A model generated the notes under the pieces. It saw nothing but the letters and a program-made list of their open reading frames with translations. It was not told the origin of the DNA and ran no database searches. From the NCBI GenBank assembly GCA_964580825.1, contig CAZOLB010000001.1:3066-67065 (forward strand): a DNA stretch of 64,000 nt, given 5' to 3'. Positions 38,317-48,561 of the stretch are shown here, piece after piece. The first letter of the stretch is position 1. Every line of letters begins with the position of its first letter. The translations under genes were made by a program, and so were the position numbers. The stretch comes from an uncultured Gammaproteobacteria bacterium. Lineage in GTDB: Bacteria; Patescibacteriota; Patescibacteriia; UBA2591; UBA6264.

Positions 38317-39807
38317 TTATTTTTTATCTGTCTGTTCGACTCTTTTTTGCCTTTGCAGAATTTGAACGACAAAAAATGCGATCAAAACGTACAGAATAAT
38401 AGCAATGATAAAATGAACTTTGCCGAAAGTAAAAGAAAGTCCGGGAATAGCGGATAAAAACTTCACTAAAAGAATAGTATACGTAAGAATTAGCCAACTG
38501 GGCCAAATTAAAATTTTAGCCAAGCCGACAACTCCGCCTAAAAAGAAAATAAAACCGAAAGCCATGCCAATCGGCAAAACCGGCAAAATCAAAATATTTG
38601 CCAAAACAGCGATTAAAGATAAATTTCCGAAATAATATAAAATCAAAGGAAAAACAAAAAGTTGAGCCGATAAACTCGCGCTTAAATAATGGCGTAGAGG
38701 GAAATAATGAAAATTAGGAATTTTTTGAAAAAGAGAATTAAAATAACTCCCCATTAAAGACATGCCTAAAACGGACATGAAAGACAGCTGGAAACCCACG
38801 TCTGATTTCAAAAGTTTGGGATTGAATAAAAGCATTAAAAAACCAGAAAAAACCAGTATTCTAAAAAAATCTTTGGGTCGGCCAATTTTCATCGCGTAAG
38901 CCGTTGCCAAACCCATAATAACCGCCCGTATCGCTGAAGGCGGCGCGCCGACTAAAACAACAAAAACAAAAATAATCGCAAAAATCAAATAAAACGCTTT
39001 TGAACGACGAAGATGCAGCGTTGTTACGAAAAAATACGAAAGCAAGGCGCAAAGCACACTGATATGCAAGCCGGAAACGGCCAAAATATGAGATACTCCC
39101 GCCCGGCTAAATTCGGCGCGTAAATCTTGAGGAATTTCACGCTGCCGGCCAAGCAATAAAGCCGATAAAATCGACCCCTGGGGTTCGGAAAAATTCAAAT
39201 CAATCAAACGCTCAAATTTATTTTTAACCACCAAAATCTTTGAATAAACATCCGAAACTTCGGATTTCTTTAAAATTTTGATTTCCGGCCAATAGCAAGT
39301 CGAATAAACGTCATAACGGGCCAGATACTCATAATAATTAAAATTTGCGAAAACTCCCGGTTCGTTTAATTGGCAATTTATTTCCACCAGATCCCCATAC
39401 TGGTAATCGGAATAAAGAGGAATATCAACCAACACCCTTCCTTGAAGCGGCAGATTTCCTAAAATTATATCGCCGATTGTAATTTTAATTTCATCAACCC
39501 TTTGATCGGGCTCTTTAATTACTTTTCCCCGAAAAACGACCCGAGAACCGTTATAATAAGAAATATGAGATTGGTCTATTTTAGGAAAACTTATTTGATA
39601 ACGAAATACGCCAAAAATGAAAAATAAAATTAAAAAAATTGCCGGCGAGATTCTCTTAGTGGGCAAAATCACCAGCCAAACAATCAAAAATAACAAAAAT
39701 AAAGGAATATAGACAAAAAACGGAAGAGATAAAAAAGAAGAAACGCCGACGCCAAGAATAAAAAAAATCAAGGACCAAGTAATGATTTTTGAAGTAAGGA
39801 TATTCAT
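38317..39807 (-). CDS. comEC: ComEC/Rec2 N-terminal part: DUF4131 (OB-fold) plus polytopic competence channel domain
   Basis: 496 aa. There are two N-terminal TM helices and a soluble OB-like segment. About 8 TM helices follow, with the competence-domain pattern (…RAGVSHILAVSGLHISVL…). Confidence 0.75.
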   Translation of the reverse strand: MNILTSKIITWSLIFFILGVGVSSFLSLPFFVYIPLFLLFLIVWLVILPTKRISPAIFLILFFIFGVFRYQISFPKIDQSHISYYNGSRVVFRGKVIKEPDQRVDEIKITIGDIILGNLPLQGRVLVDIPLYSDYQYGDLVEINCQLNEPGVFANFNYYEYLARYDVYSTCYWPEIKILKKSEVSDVYSKILVVKNKFERLIDLNFSEPQGSILSALLLGRQREIPQDLRAEFSRAGVSHILAVSGLHISVLCALLSYFFVTTLHLRRSKAFYLIFAIIFVFVVLVGAPPSAIRAVIMGLATAYAMKIGRPKDFFRILVFSGFLMLLFNPKLLKSDVGFQLSFMSVLGMSLMGSYFNSLFQKIPNFHYFPLRHYLSASLSAQLFVFPLILYYFGNLSLIAVLANILILPVLPIGMAFGFIFFLGGVVGLAKILIWPSWLILTYTILLVKFLSAIPGLSFTFGKVHFIIAIILYVLIAFFVVQILQRQKRVEQTDKK

Positions 39808-39877
39808 TATATTTCAAATTAACCCATTTCCGCAAAAGAGACAAGATAACTGTACAAGATAAATATATCAATAACGC

Positions 39878-39920
39878 CCCCTTGCAAAAAGAGTTTGGAG
39901 ACCGAGCCACCAAACTCTTT
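39878..39920 (-). terminator. Rho-independent terminator downstream of prfB
   Basis: AAAGAGTTTGG-(11 nt)-CCAAACTCTTT gives a perfect 11-bp stem. It is followed on the minus strand by UUUUUGC. Confidence 0.5.
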
Positions 39921-39929
39921 TAAATATGC

Positions 39930-41023
39930 TTATTCTTTTTTATTACGCAAATAACTTTCAATGATTTGTTCTAAGTCGCCGTCCAAAATTTTATCCACTT
40001 CGTTCGTCTCATAACCTGTCCTTAAATCCTTAACCAAATGATAGGGCTGGAGAACATAAGAGCGAATTTGATTACCCCAAGAAACCGATTTAAATTCTCC
40101 CCGCAGCTTCGCCTTTTCTTCCTCTTGCGCCGCCTGCGCGTATTGATAAAGCTTTGACTTCAATATCCTCAAGGCCCTTTCCTTGTTTTGGACTTGCGAT
40201 CTTTCCGCCTGGCAACTAACCGCAATTTTACTAGGCAAATGGGTAATCCTGATGGCGGTTTCATTTTTCTGGACATTTTGCCCGCCGTGGCCGGAAGCCA
40301 AAAAAGTGTCTATTTTTAAATCGTCCGGATTAATATCTACTTCTTCAATCTCATCCAACTCCGGTAAAACCTCTACTAAAGCAAAGGAGGTATGGCGCAT
40401 CTGTTCGGCGTCAAACGGCGAAATCCGAACTAGGCGATGAACTCCGGCTTCACTCTTTAAAAAACCGTAAGCGTACTCGCCTTCAACTTCAAAGACGACG
40501 CTTTTTATCCCCGCCTCAAGTCCTTTAGAGCGATCGATTATCTGTGTTCGCCAACCTCTTTTTTCCGCAAATCTCAAATACATTCTTAAAAGCATTTCCG
40601 CCCAATCCTGGGCGTCCACCCCGCCGGCGCCAGCGAAAATTGAAACCAAGGCGTTCCCTTGATCGTATTCTCCGTTTAAAAAAATCAGTTTCTCAAAATC
40701 ATTAAGCTGTTTTTCTATTTTAGAAAACTGCTTTTCTATTCCCTTATGCAAACTCGCTGTCTGATCTCGCTCGTCGAACCGGGCGATTTCCAAACAATCG
40801 TTAATGGACTTTCCAATGCCTTCCCATTGCTCGACTTTTTCTTTTAACCCGCTCAATTCTCTTGATATTTTTTCCGCCCTAATTCGGTTCTGCCAAAATT
40901 CCGGCCGAGCTATTTCCTCTTCTATTTGCTTTATTTTCTCCCTCTTTTCCGCCAAGTCAAAGATAGTCTCCGACTTTGCGGAGCCTCTTTTTAAAACCTT
41001 CTAATTGAATAATTAATTCCTGC
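39930..41023 (-). CDS. prfB: Peptide chain release factor 2, expressed through the conserved programmed +1 ribosomal frameshift
   Basis: The main ORF carries the SPF motif (RISPFDA) and GGQ (SGHGGQNVQKNETA). Upstream ORF0 is ATG(about 41023)-MQELIIQLEGFKKRLRKVGDYL and ends CTT TGA C. The +1 frame then continues LAEKREKIKQ… An SD-like GGAG lies just upstream of ORF0. Confidence 0.9.
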
Positions 41024-41027
41024 ATTT

Positions 41028-42386
41028 TTACTCCTTGTATTCTTCCAAAACGACCTTTACTGTTTTTTCCTCTCCTTGATGATAAATTTTCAAATTCAAT
41101 TCTTCTCCGGGTTTGTATTTCTGAATTTCTTTAACCAACGGTTTTTCTTCGGTAATTTTTTGCCCATTCATTTCCAAAATAATGTCATTCTCGACCAGGC
41201 CGGCCTTATTGGCCGGAGAACCGGGAATCACCGCCAATTCAGTCACGCTATCTCCTCTAACAATTAAAACTCCGTAATCATAAGGGAGCTTATTGTCCTT
41301 GGCAATTTGTTCGTTAATCAAAAGATACCTTACGCCTAAAAACGGCCTGACAATGCGACCATATTCTCTAACGCTCTCTACAACCTGCCTAATTTGATTA
41401 ACAGGAATGGCAAATCCTATTAATTTACCCTCATTATTAATGGCGGTATTTATCCCGATTACTTCTCCTTGTAAATTAATCAATGGGCCGCCGGAATTGC
41501 CGAAGTTAATAGCGGCGTCGGTCTGAATGACGTCTTCCAAAACCTCTGAATTGCCCATGGCGTCACCGGCTACCACCCGCCGACTAATTCCACTGATTAC
41601 ACCGCTGGTAACTGTATTACGATATTCTCCCAAGGCGTTACCAATGGCAATTACTGTTTGGCCTATTTTAAGATCATCCGAATTGCCCAGCTTAACCTCG
41701 GGTAAACTTTCAACCTCAACTTTTAAAACCGCTACATCATTAAAAGGGTCTCTGGCTAAAACTTTGGCCTCATATTTTTCTCCGTCATTAGTGACGACTG
41801 TATATTCCGCTTCTTCATCACTTACCACGTGTTTATTGGTCAAAATCAAGCCGTCTTTAGATGAGATAACAAAGCCCGTTCCTCCGCCGATTTCTTGTTT
41901 TTCTTTTTTCTGCTTATCCGGTAAAATATTCTGTCCCGACCCAAAGTCAAAAGGAAAATTAAAAAAGGGATTATCAAAAAAATCATTAGGAAATTGGTCT
42001 CCCCAAGGACTATAATAACGAGAAACATATTTACTGACGACAATGCTGACTACCGAGGGATTTATATTTTCAACGGCCCTAATAACCATCCCTTCCTGAC
42101 TGGTATCCTGATCAATTGTCCGAGGAATTTCTGAAGAACGGAGATTAACGACATTGGACAAAAAATAAGGAGTAAAATTGCTAAAAATATAACTCGAAGT
42201 AAAGATTCCTGCCACCGCGCCGGCTCCAATACCAATCAACAAACTGATAATTGCCACCATAATAATCGGCTTTTTAACAAAAAATCGGGCTGATTTCTTT
42301 TCTGAATGTAAATCCGCTTCCGTTTTTACTCCCTCCTGTCCGAGTCCGAAAATCATATCAATTTCTTTTTTTGTATCTTTATTCAT
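41028..42386 (-). CDS. htrA: HtrA/DegP-family serine protease with PDZ domain, membrane-anchored
   Basis: It has an N-terminal TM helix and a trypsin-like domain (GTGFVISSKDGLILTNKHVV; catalytic GNSGGPL). A C-terminal PDZ is present (…GVLIVRGDSVTELAVIPGSPANKAGL…). Confidence 0.85.
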   Translation of the reverse strand: MNKDTKKEIDMIFGLGQEGVKTEADLHSEKKSARFFVKKPIIMVAIISLLIGIGAGAVAGIFTSSYIFSNFTPYFLSNVVNLRSSEIPRTIDQDTSQEGMVIRAVENINPSVVSIVVSKYVSRYYSPWGDQFPNDFFDNPFFNFPFDFGSGQNILPDKQKKEKQEIGGGTGFVISSKDGLILTNKHVVSDEEAEYTVVTNDGEKYEAKVLARDPFNDVAVLKVEVESLPEVKLGNSDDLKIGQTVIAIGNALGEYRNTVTSGVISGISRRVVAGDAMGNSEVLEDVIQTDAAINFGNSGGPLINLQGEVIGINTAINNEGKLIGFAIPVNQIRQVVESVREYGRIVRPFLGVRYLLINEQIAKDNKLPYDYGVLIVRGDSVTELAVIPGSPANKAGLVENDIILEMNGQKITEEKPLVKEIQKYKPGEELNLKIYHQGEEKTVKVVLEEYKE

Positions 42387-42428
42387 ATGATTTTAACATT
42401 ATTATTCAAGTTATCAACGACTGATATT

Positions 42429-43253
42429 TTATATCCTTATTTTTACATTGTCAAGTTTAAACAAATTCTTGATTTTCCGAACCGTTTTTTTAAACCATTC
42501 CGGAGAATATGGTTCCTTTGCCGCCATTTTCTTTTCAATCATATTGTTATTTGATCGAAACTGCTGCAAATAATATACTTTAGCGCCTTTTAAACTCCGA
42601 GCAATGGATAAAATATCGCCTTGATTCAATAACCCGGGAACGACCGTTGTCCGAAATTCATAGTCAATCATCGGGTTATCAATAATAATTTTGATACTCT
42701 TTTTAATATTTGACAAATCAGTTTCTACTCCCGCCAATCTCCTGTATTTTTCCGATCTAAGCGGAGCTTTGATATCCATCGCCACATAATTAACCAAATT
42801 ATTCTTTATCAGATATTCAATTGCTTTAGGATTGGCGCCATTTGTTTCAATTCCCACCCCCAACCCAATTTCTTTTATTTTTTTTATAAACTCAACTAAC
42901 GCGCTTTGAGTCTCCTTTGTCTCACCAACGGACCTGTTTTTTATATTCAATTTTTTATTTTTTATATCTAATTTTTGGTCTTTCAACGGTTCTCCGCCGG
43001 TAATCATTAAGCCGTCTAACAGATTTCGATTTCTTTTAAGAAAATTTAAAATATTCCCCTCGTCAATATCGGGCAATTTTTGCGGGTTTAAAACTAAATC
43101 CGTGTTATAGCAAAAAGGGCATCTAAAATTGCATCCTGGTAAAAAAACGACGGTGCAAATTTTGCCCGGCCATTCGATTAAGGACTCTTTTTGCCAACCC
43201 TTAAATTTCATAAAAAAACCGTTAAGGCGATAACAAAAAAAATCAAAAAACAA
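42429..43253 (-). CDS. nrdG: Anaerobic ribonucleoside-triphosphate reductase activating protein (radical SAM)
   Basis: Cluster motif CNFRCPFCYN. It lies immediately downstream of nrdD. It carries a lysine-rich insertion (…KDQKLDIKNKKLNIKNRSVGETKETQ…). Confidence 0.8.
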   Translation of the reverse strand: MFFDFFCYRLNGFFMKFKGWQKESLIEWPGKICTVVFLPGCNFRCPFCYNTDLVLNPQKLPDIDEGNILNFLKRNRNLLDGLMITGGEPLKDQKLDIKNKKLNIKNRSVGETKETQSALVEFIKKIKEIGLGVGIETNGANPKAIEYLIKNNLVNYVAMDIKAPLRSEKYRRLAGVETDLSNIKKSIKIIIDNPMIDYEFRTTVVPGLLNQGDILSIARSLKGAKVYYLQQFRSNNNMIEKKMAAKEPYSPEWFKKTVRKIKNLFKLDNVKIRI

Positions 43254-43287
43254 AAGAATTAAAAATCAAAAAGCAAAAGCGATTCTC

Positions 43288-45375
43288 CTACTCTTTCACT
43301 ATCTCATATACTTTTCTTTGTTTGAATTCTTCTTGTTTGCCCAAATTAAACTGCTGGACCGGACGAAGATAACCGACGATTCTCGAATAAACCTCTGTTT
43401 TTGCTTGGCATTGGGAACAAGTATATTGCTCTCCTTTTAGATATCCGTGTTCCGGGCAAATACTGAAAGTCGGAGTAAAAGTAAAATAAGGCAAGCGGAA
43501 TTTTTCAAATATCTTCTTAATTAATATTCTAACCGTCGCGTTATCACTGACCATTTCCCCTAAAAATGCGTGGAAAACCGTACCCCCGCTATATTTCACT
43601 TGCAAATCATCCTGAGAATCCAAATCCTCAAAAAGTCCCCGACTGGAATCGACCGGAAGTTGGGTGGAGTTGGTATAATACGGTTCATTGTGCCCAGCCG
43701 TGATTATCCGCGGATAAATCTTTTTATCCATTTTTGCCAAACGATAACTCGTGCCTTCCGCCGGCGTCGCTTCTAAATTATAAATATTGCCGGTCTGCTT
43801 TTGGTAAAAAAGCAAACGGCGGCGCATAAAATCTAAAATCTTTAAGGTGAAATTTCTTCCTTTCTCGCAAAGAATATTTTCGCCCATAAAATTCAATAAA
43901 GCTTCATTCATTCCTACCAAACCAATGGTTGAAAAATGATTTGCCCAATAGCGCCCGCGCATCTTTTTTATATTGCGCAAGTAAAACTTAGAGTAAGGAT
44001 AAAGACCCTTCTCAATAAAATTTTCCAACATTTTTCTTTTTATCTCCAAACTCTCTTCGGCTAAATCCATTAAATATTTCAATCTATCCAAAAAATTTCT
44101 CTCATTCTTGGCTAAATAACCGATTCTAGGGAGATTTATAGTCACTACCCCCAAACTGCCGGTTAAAGGAGCGCTGCCAAAAAGACCGCCTCCTCGATGA
44201 TATAATTCCTTGCTATTCAATCTCAGTCGGCAACACATTGAACGGATATCTTCGGGATTCATATCCGAATTAATAAAATTGGCAAAATAATTGGTGCCGT
44301 ATTTCGCCGTAGCCTCCCACATCGGCTCATAAGCCGGGTTGTCCCAATCGAATTTTTTGGTGATATTGATGGTCGGAATAGGAAAAGTAAAAACTCTTTG
44401 TCTGGCGTCGCCGAGAGCCATAACTTCGTAAAAAGCCCGATTAAACATATCCATTTCTTTTTGAAACTCCCCATAAGTTTTTTTCTGGGATTTACCTCCG
44501 ATAATAACCGGCATCTTGGAAAGGGTTGACGGCGGTTTAAGATCAAGAGTGACGTTTTCAAATGGCGTTTGAAAACCAACTCTGGTCGGCACATTGCAAT
44601 TGAATAAAAATTCCTGCATTGCCTGCTTAACTTGCTGATAATTCAGCTTATCGTAATAAATAAACGGCGCCAAATATGTGTCAAATGATGAAAAAGCGAT
44701 AGCGCCAGCCGCTTCTCCCTGAAGGGTATATAAAAAATTAACCACCTGTCCCAGAGCTGTTCGGAAGTGTTTTGCCGGCGTCGACTGTATTTTGCCCGCG
44801 ACCCCGGTAAACCCCTGGGATAGCAAGTCATAAAGATCCCATCCGACGCAATAAGGAGCTAAACTGCCAAGATCGTGAATATGAAAATCTCCTGATTCGG
44901 CCGCCTGCCTAATTTCCGGCGGATAAATTCTGTTCAGCCAGTATTTTTTAGTAACGGCATTGTCGACATAATTATTCAAACCCTGCAGAGAATAAGTCAT
45001 ATTGGCGTTTTCTTTGATTTCCCAATCGCTCTCGGCTAAATATTTTTCAATCATTCCTAATCCGTCTTTCATAACTCGAGCTTCTTCTCTAATTCGACGA
45101 TGCTGGTCGCGATAAATAATATAAGATCGGGCGATATCGGCTAAATCGGACTGAATTAAAACTTCTTCGATAATATCTTGCACTTCTTCCACTTCCGGCA
45201 CCCTGCCTTTGAAACGGCGATTAAGGATTTTTACCACTTTATCGGCTAAATCATCCGCCAAATTGCCATCTTTATCCGAAGAAGCAGTTATGGCTTTAAA
45301 AATGGCCTGGGTAATTTTATTCTTATTGAACTTTACTACCCGGCCATCTCTTTTCGCAATTTTACTTATTCCCAT
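43288..45375 (-). CDS. nrdD: Anaerobic ribonucleoside-triphosphate reductase (class III), with N-terminal ATP-cone
   Basis: ATP-cone (…RDGRVVKFNKNKITQAIFKA…). There is a C-terminal Zn site CPEHG…CSQC and a glycyl-radical motif RIVGYLRP. Confidence 0.9.
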   Translation of the reverse strand: MGISKIAKRDGRVVKFNKNKITQAIFKAITASSDKDGNLADDLADKVVKILNRRFKGRVPEVEEVQDIIEEVLIQSDLADIARSYIIYRDQHRRIREEARVMKDGLGMIEKYLAESDWEIKENANMTYSLQGLNNYVDNAVTKKYWLNRIYPPEIRQAAESGDFHIHDLGSLAPYCVGWDLYDLLSQGFTGVAGKIQSTPAKHFRTALGQVVNFLYTLQGEAAGAIAFSSFDTYLAPFIYYDKLNYQQVKQAMQEFLFNCNVPTRVGFQTPFENVTLDLKPPSTLSKMPVIIGGKSQKKTYGEFQKEMDMFNRAFYEVMALGDARQRVFTFPIPTINITKKFDWDNPAYEPMWEATAKYGTNYFANFINSDMNPEDIRSMCCRLRLNSKELYHRGGGLFGSAPLTGSLGVVTINLPRIGYLAKNERNFLDRLKYLMDLAEESLEIKRKMLENFIEKGLYPYSKFYLRNIKKMRGRYWANHFSTIGLVGMNEALLNFMGENILCEKGRNFTLKILDFMRRRLLFYQKQTGNIYNLEATPAEGTSYRLAKMDKKIYPRIITAGHNEPYYTNSTQLPVDSSRGLFEDLDSQDDLQVKYSGGTVFHAFLGEMVSDNATVRILIKKIFEKFRLPYFTFTPTFSICPEHGYLKGEQYTCSQCQAKTEVYSRIVGYLRPVQQFNLGKQEEFKQRKVYEIVKE

Positions 45376-45453
45376 ATTGAATCTATAAAAATTTATTTAA
45401 AAAAATAAAAAATTTAAACAAGTCCGCTGACTGACGATAATTTTTACCCCGAC

Positions 45454-45963
45454 TTATATCAATGATTGAATTTGTTTGATCGCCTCGGGAATGAAGGGTA
45501 ATAAGATTTTGCCGGCGCCGGTCAAAAATGGAACCACGACAGAAGTGTCCAAAAGGTTCGTCCAGCCAAAACCCAAAGGCAATTTGGCGGAAAAATACAA
45601 AATTAACCCCATAAACAGAATCCCTTCAATAAAGCCAAAAACGGCTCCGGCAAGACAATTTAATGTTTTTAAAATTGGAAAACTGAAAATCTTATTAATT
45701 ACCTTAAGTAAAGAAATAATAACAAACTGGGCAACGGCAAAAATAATAATGAAAGCCAAAATGCGGGCTAATCCCAAGTTGTCGCCCAAAAAACTCAAAA
45801 TTTTCAAAGATAAAGATTCGTACCAACGGCTGGAAATAAAAACAGATAAAACAACGCCGACAATTCCGCCGAGCGTTCTTATCAACCCGTTCCAAAAACC
45901 GAACCAAACAAAACCGAATAAAATTAAAAGAAGAATGACGTCAAAAAATGTCATAAGCGCCAA
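45454..45963 (-). CDS. cvpA: CvpA-family membrane protein
   Basis: 169 aa with 4 TM helices; the N-terminus …FDVILLLILFGFVWFGFWNGLIRTL… matches the CvpA family pattern. Confidence 0.65.
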   Translation of the reverse strand: MALMTFFDVILLLILFGFVWFGFWNGLIRTLGGIVGVVLSVFISSRWYESLSLKILSFLGDNLGLARILAFIIIFAVAQFVIISLLKVINKIFSFPILKTLNCLAGAVFGFIEGILFMGLILYFSAKLPLGFGWTNLLDTSVVVPFLTGAGKILLPFIPEAIKQIQSLI

Positions 45964-46009
45964 AATTAAGTTTAAAAAACGAAATTGCCATTTTATTTAT
46001 CAAATCGTC

Positions 46010-47518
46010 TTATAGTCTGGGGAAAAGTGCTTTTCCTTGTTTAACGTTAGTAAATTTTACCTTTCCCCATTTTTGTCCTTGTTCTAAAGATTTTATTTTT
46101 TCTTTTCCCAAAAGCCCCAGAGATTCAAAAATTAGATCGCTTTTCGAAGGCATAAACGGCAACAGCATCCACCCTAAATGCCTTAAAACTTCCAATAAAT
46201 TATAAATTGTTTTTTGATATTCGGGCTGATTATTTTTAAACAGTTCCCATGGCTTTTTCGCGTCTACATAACGGTCGCAAAAGGCGACTAAGTCGGAAAT
46301 ATTATCCAGGGTGGTTTCGAATTTAAAATCCTCAAGAGCCGCCTCATATCCCTGCCAAATTTTGGCAATCTTATTTTTAAAGTCGGCATTCGAAGATTTA
46401 TCCGGGAAAAAACTATTTTTTTTATTTTTCGCGGCTAAAACCAGGACTCGCCTCACTAAATTACCCAACCCATTGGACAAATCGCTGTTATATTTATCGT
46501 AAAGCCGAGATTGGGAAATATCCCCGTCCGAACCAAAAGAAAAAGAGGAAACAATTAACCAACGAAAGGCATCCGAACCGAAAACCAATGCTAGTTCTTC
46601 CGCGTCAATCGCATTGCCCAACGACTTGCTCATTTTTTGTCCATTAACGGTAAAGTATCCGTGAACATATAATTTTTTAAAAAGAGGAGCGCCTAAACTT
46701 AAAAGTATGGCTGGCCAGAGAACAGCATGAAATCTCAAAATATCCTTGCCGATTAATTGCACTTCCGGTGGCCAAAATAAAGGCCATTTTTGCCCCGGCC
46801 CTTTCCAGCCGATTCCAGACAAATAATTCAGAAGGGCGTCAACCCAAACGTAAACGCTCTGCGACTTATCCCAAGGAATGGGAACGCCCCATTCTACTTT
46901 CTCCCGGGAAATAGCCAAGTCCTCCAATTTTTCCGACGTTAAAAATCCTAAAATTTCATTTTTTCTTGACTCAGGTTCAATAATCAACGCCTTTGTTTTA
47001 ATAAGATTCAATAATTGTCTTTGAAAACTTGACAACTTCAAAAAATAACAATCTTCGGCCAAAGTAATCGGCTCTTGCTGATGGATCGGGCACTTGCCGT
47101 CAGACAACTCCTTATTGGTATAATACCTTTCGCAACCAACACAGTAAAGACCCTTGTAAACTCCCGAATAAATCAACTTTTTTTTATTCAGCTCGTTTAA
47201 AACCTTAGATACTAATTTCTCGTGGTCCGCTTCCGTCGTTCTAATAAACCTATCGTAAGAAATATCTAAAATATCAAAAACCTTGCTAAATCGAGACGAA
47301 TTCTGGTCGCATATTTCCCGGGGCGTGATATTTTTTTCCCTTGCCGATTTAGCCACTTTTTCTCCGTGCTCATCCGTCCCGGTCAAGAAAAAAACTCTTT
47401 CTCCCTTCATCCGATGCCAACGAGCTAAAATATCAGCCGCAATTGTCGTATAAGCATGACCGAGGTGCGGCTTATCATTAACATAATAAATTGGTGTAGT
47501 GATGTAAAATTTTTTCAT
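46010..47518 (-). CDS. metG: Methionine--tRNA ligase (short form)
   Basis: HIGH motif (PHLGHAY). A Zn knuckle carries CVGCERY…CPIHQ, and KMSKS is present (KMSKSLGN). At 502 aa it lacks the C-terminal tRNA-binding extension. Confidence 0.9.
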   Translation of the reverse strand: MKKFYITTPIYYVNDKPHLGHAYTTIAADILARWHRMKGERVFFLTGTDEHGEKVAKSAREKNITPREICDQNSSRFSKVFDILDISYDRFIRTTEADHEKLVSKVLNELNKKKLIYSGVYKGLYCVGCERYYTNKELSDGKCPIHQQEPITLAEDCYFLKLSSFQRQLLNLIKTKALIIEPESRKNEILGFLTSEKLEDLAISREKVEWGVPIPWDKSQSVYVWVDALLNYLSGIGWKGPGQKWPLFWPPEVQLIGKDILRFHAVLWPAILLSLGAPLFKKLYVHGYFTVNGQKMSKSLGNAIDAEELALVFGSDAFRWLIVSSFSFGSDGDISQSRLYDKYNSDLSNGLGNLVRRVLVLAAKNKKNSFFPDKSSNADFKNKIAKIWQGYEAALEDFKFETTLDNISDLVAFCDRYVDAKKPWELFKNNQPEYQKTIYNLLEVLRHLGWMLLPFMPSKSDLIFESLGLLGKEKIKSLEQGQKWGKVKFTNVKQGKALFPRL

Positions 47519-47821
47519 ACTAATTTATTCGTCTTACTTTTTGAAACCTTATTATATTAACTTAATATTAATATTTGTCAAAATCCGACTATTGAAAATT
47601 TTTAAAAAAAATCTATCTATCACCATACCTCTTCTAATTTCTTCCTTTTACATCGTCAGTCTAAAATACAAATTTTTTATTTCTAAAATTGGTTTAATCC
47701 AAAATATCTTTGTATTGTCCTTTAGTTAAACCGTTGATTTAAAAATAATAATTTTTATTTCATAAATTCTCCCTCGGGATAAACCCTAAATTATAAAATT
47801 CTGTTCTTTTTGAACGCCAAA

Positions 47822-48490
47822 TTATTTTGGCGCGACAACCACGACAAACTCACCCTTCAGATTTCCTTGTTCCATTTTTTCTAAAACCTCTTCTATTTTT
47901 CCCCGATAAACAGTTTCAAATTTTTTAGTTAATTCGCGACAAACAACCATCCGTTTATTTAATTCTAATTCTTTTAATCTCTTTAAGGTTTTAACGATTC
48001 GATAAGAAGATTCGTAAAAAACCGCGGTTATTTTACTCTCAATCATCTCCTCCAATATTTTTTCTTTCCCTTTTTTATGAGGAATGAAGCCGTAGAAAAT
48101 AAATTTATCCGTCGGAAAACCGGAGATACTCAAAGCGGCAATAGCGGCGCAAGGCCCGGGCACTGGTATAACTGCTAAATCTTTAAAACGTTTAACCGCT
48201 AAATCTATCAACTGGTTTCCGGGGTCGGCAATACCCGGCGTGCCGGCATCGGAAACAAGAGCGAGTTCTTTATTTTGCGAAAGCAAATCCAAGATATAAT
48301 CCATTTTTCCCAACCTTGAATGTTGATGATAACTGATTACTGGCGTTGCTATTTTGTAATAATCCAAAAGGAGCTTTGTCCGACGAGTATCCTCGCATAA
48401 AATAAAATCGACACTCTCGAGCGTTTTAACAGCTCTTTTGGCAAAATCTTCAAGATTGCCAATAGGAGTGGCAATAATATATAACTTCAT
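47822..48490 (-). CDS. rsmI: 16S rRNA (cytidine1402-2'-O)-methyltransferase
   Basis: MKLYIIATPIGNLEDFAKRAVKTLESVDFILCEDTRRTKLLL… is the tetrapyrrole-methylase fold of the RsmI family. Confidence 0.85.
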   Translation of the reverse strand: MKLYIIATPIGNLEDFAKRAVKTLESVDFILCEDTRRTKLLLDYYKIATPVISYHQHSRLGKMDYILDLLSQNKELALVSDAGTPGIADPGNQLIDLAVKRFKDLAVIPVPGPCAAIAALSISGFPTDKFIFYGFIPHKKGKEKILEEMIESKITAVFYESSYRIVKTLKRLKELELNKRMVVCRELTKKFETVYRGKIEEVLEKMEQGNLKGEFVVVVAPK

Positions 48491-48561
48491 CTATGTTTGC
48501 TTTATTTATTTTTTGACTGTCGATAGACTCGCCAATTCTTATTTAAAACAACAAAAAAATA

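Noticed and set aside
39656-39913. 85-aa minus-strand ORF overlapping the comEC start and the prfB terminator
   Set aside because: It sits out of frame within the comEC N-terminal coding region and terminator hairpin, with Phe/Cys-rich low complexity.
45476-46015. 179-aa plus-strand lysine-rich ORF
   Set aside because: It is antisense to cvpA and extremely K-rich owing to the AT-rich complement of a hydrophobic membrane gene. No start context.
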